Of a stretch of DNA of 64,000 nucleotides, positions 63,713 through 64,000 are shown piece after piece; the first letter of the stretch is position 1; every line of letters begins with the position of its first letter. Made by a program: the position numbers and the translations under genes. The stretch comes from Octopus bimaculoides (lineage: Eukaryota): assembly GCF_001194135.2 (NCBI RefSeq), contig NC_068991.1:42005408-42069407 (forward strand). The letters run 5' to 3'. A model generated the notes under the pieces. It saw nothing but the letters and a program-made list of their open reading frames with translations. It was not told where the DNA came from and ran no database searches.

Positions 63713-63997
63713 TCTATACTATATATAAAACAGAGATGTGTGTGTAATCGCTTTCACGTGAAATCGACTTCACCAAATGCTTCCATACTTGTGATGCATG
63801 AATAATTTGACCTCAGATAAATCTTAGGCTCTTCATTTGATTTTTTTAATTAAATCTATACTATATATAAAACAGATGTGTGTGTAATCGCTTTTCACGT
63901 GAAATCGACTTCACCAAATGCTTCCATACTTGTGATGTGTGAATTATTTGACCTCGGATAAATCTTAGGCTCTTCATTTGATTTTTTTAATTAAAAA
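63713..63997 (+). mobile_element. Tandem pair of Helitron-like 5' ends (period ~142 bp)
   Basis: A|TCTATACTATATATAAAA at 63713 and 63855 followed by near-identical sequence. Confidence 0.65.
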
Positions 63998-64000
63998 TAA

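Noticed and set aside
59000-64000. Search for the next upstream ABCD4 exon (DQRISQD-type)
   Set aside because: No matching exon found; interval is filled by Helitron, mariner and CR1 remnants, so it likely lies outside the window or in a gap.

Overview
Eukaryotic, AT-rich, repeat-dense DNA with many N gaps and (CA)n/(TA)n/(GA)n microsatellites. The SINE, RTE and Penelope-type repeats look like those I associate with Octopus (inference, no database check). The main feature is the 3' two-thirds of an ABCD4-type ABC half-transporter gene on the minus strand. I reconstructed 12 GT-AG coding exons (58978 down to the stop at 16597) that join in phase into about 417 aa, with EAA region, Walker A GESGCGKS, signature LSPGQQQR, Walker B VLDE and H-loop SVGHR. 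The N-terminal exons were not found and probably lie beyond 64000. The rest is mostly decayed transposons: Gypsy gag-pol, RTE and CR1-like LINEs, tRNA-derived SINEs, mariner, maT-like Tc1/mariner, Tigger, hAT/Charlie, MULE, Helitron and MITEs. The best second-look items are: (1) two inverted minimal type-I hammerhead-ribozyme motifs with a compensatory U3-A8 core at 3979-4014 (-) and 4661-4696 (+); (2) a 1.6-kb non-autonomous LTR element at 18577-20182 with TG..CA LTRs, a tRNA-Ser(GCT) PBS repeated three times, a PPT, a near-TSD and an unrelated acidic ORF; (3) a precise 91-bp inversion inside Gypsy gag; (4) a non-canonical D-loop in ABCD4. All alignments and folds were done by eye.
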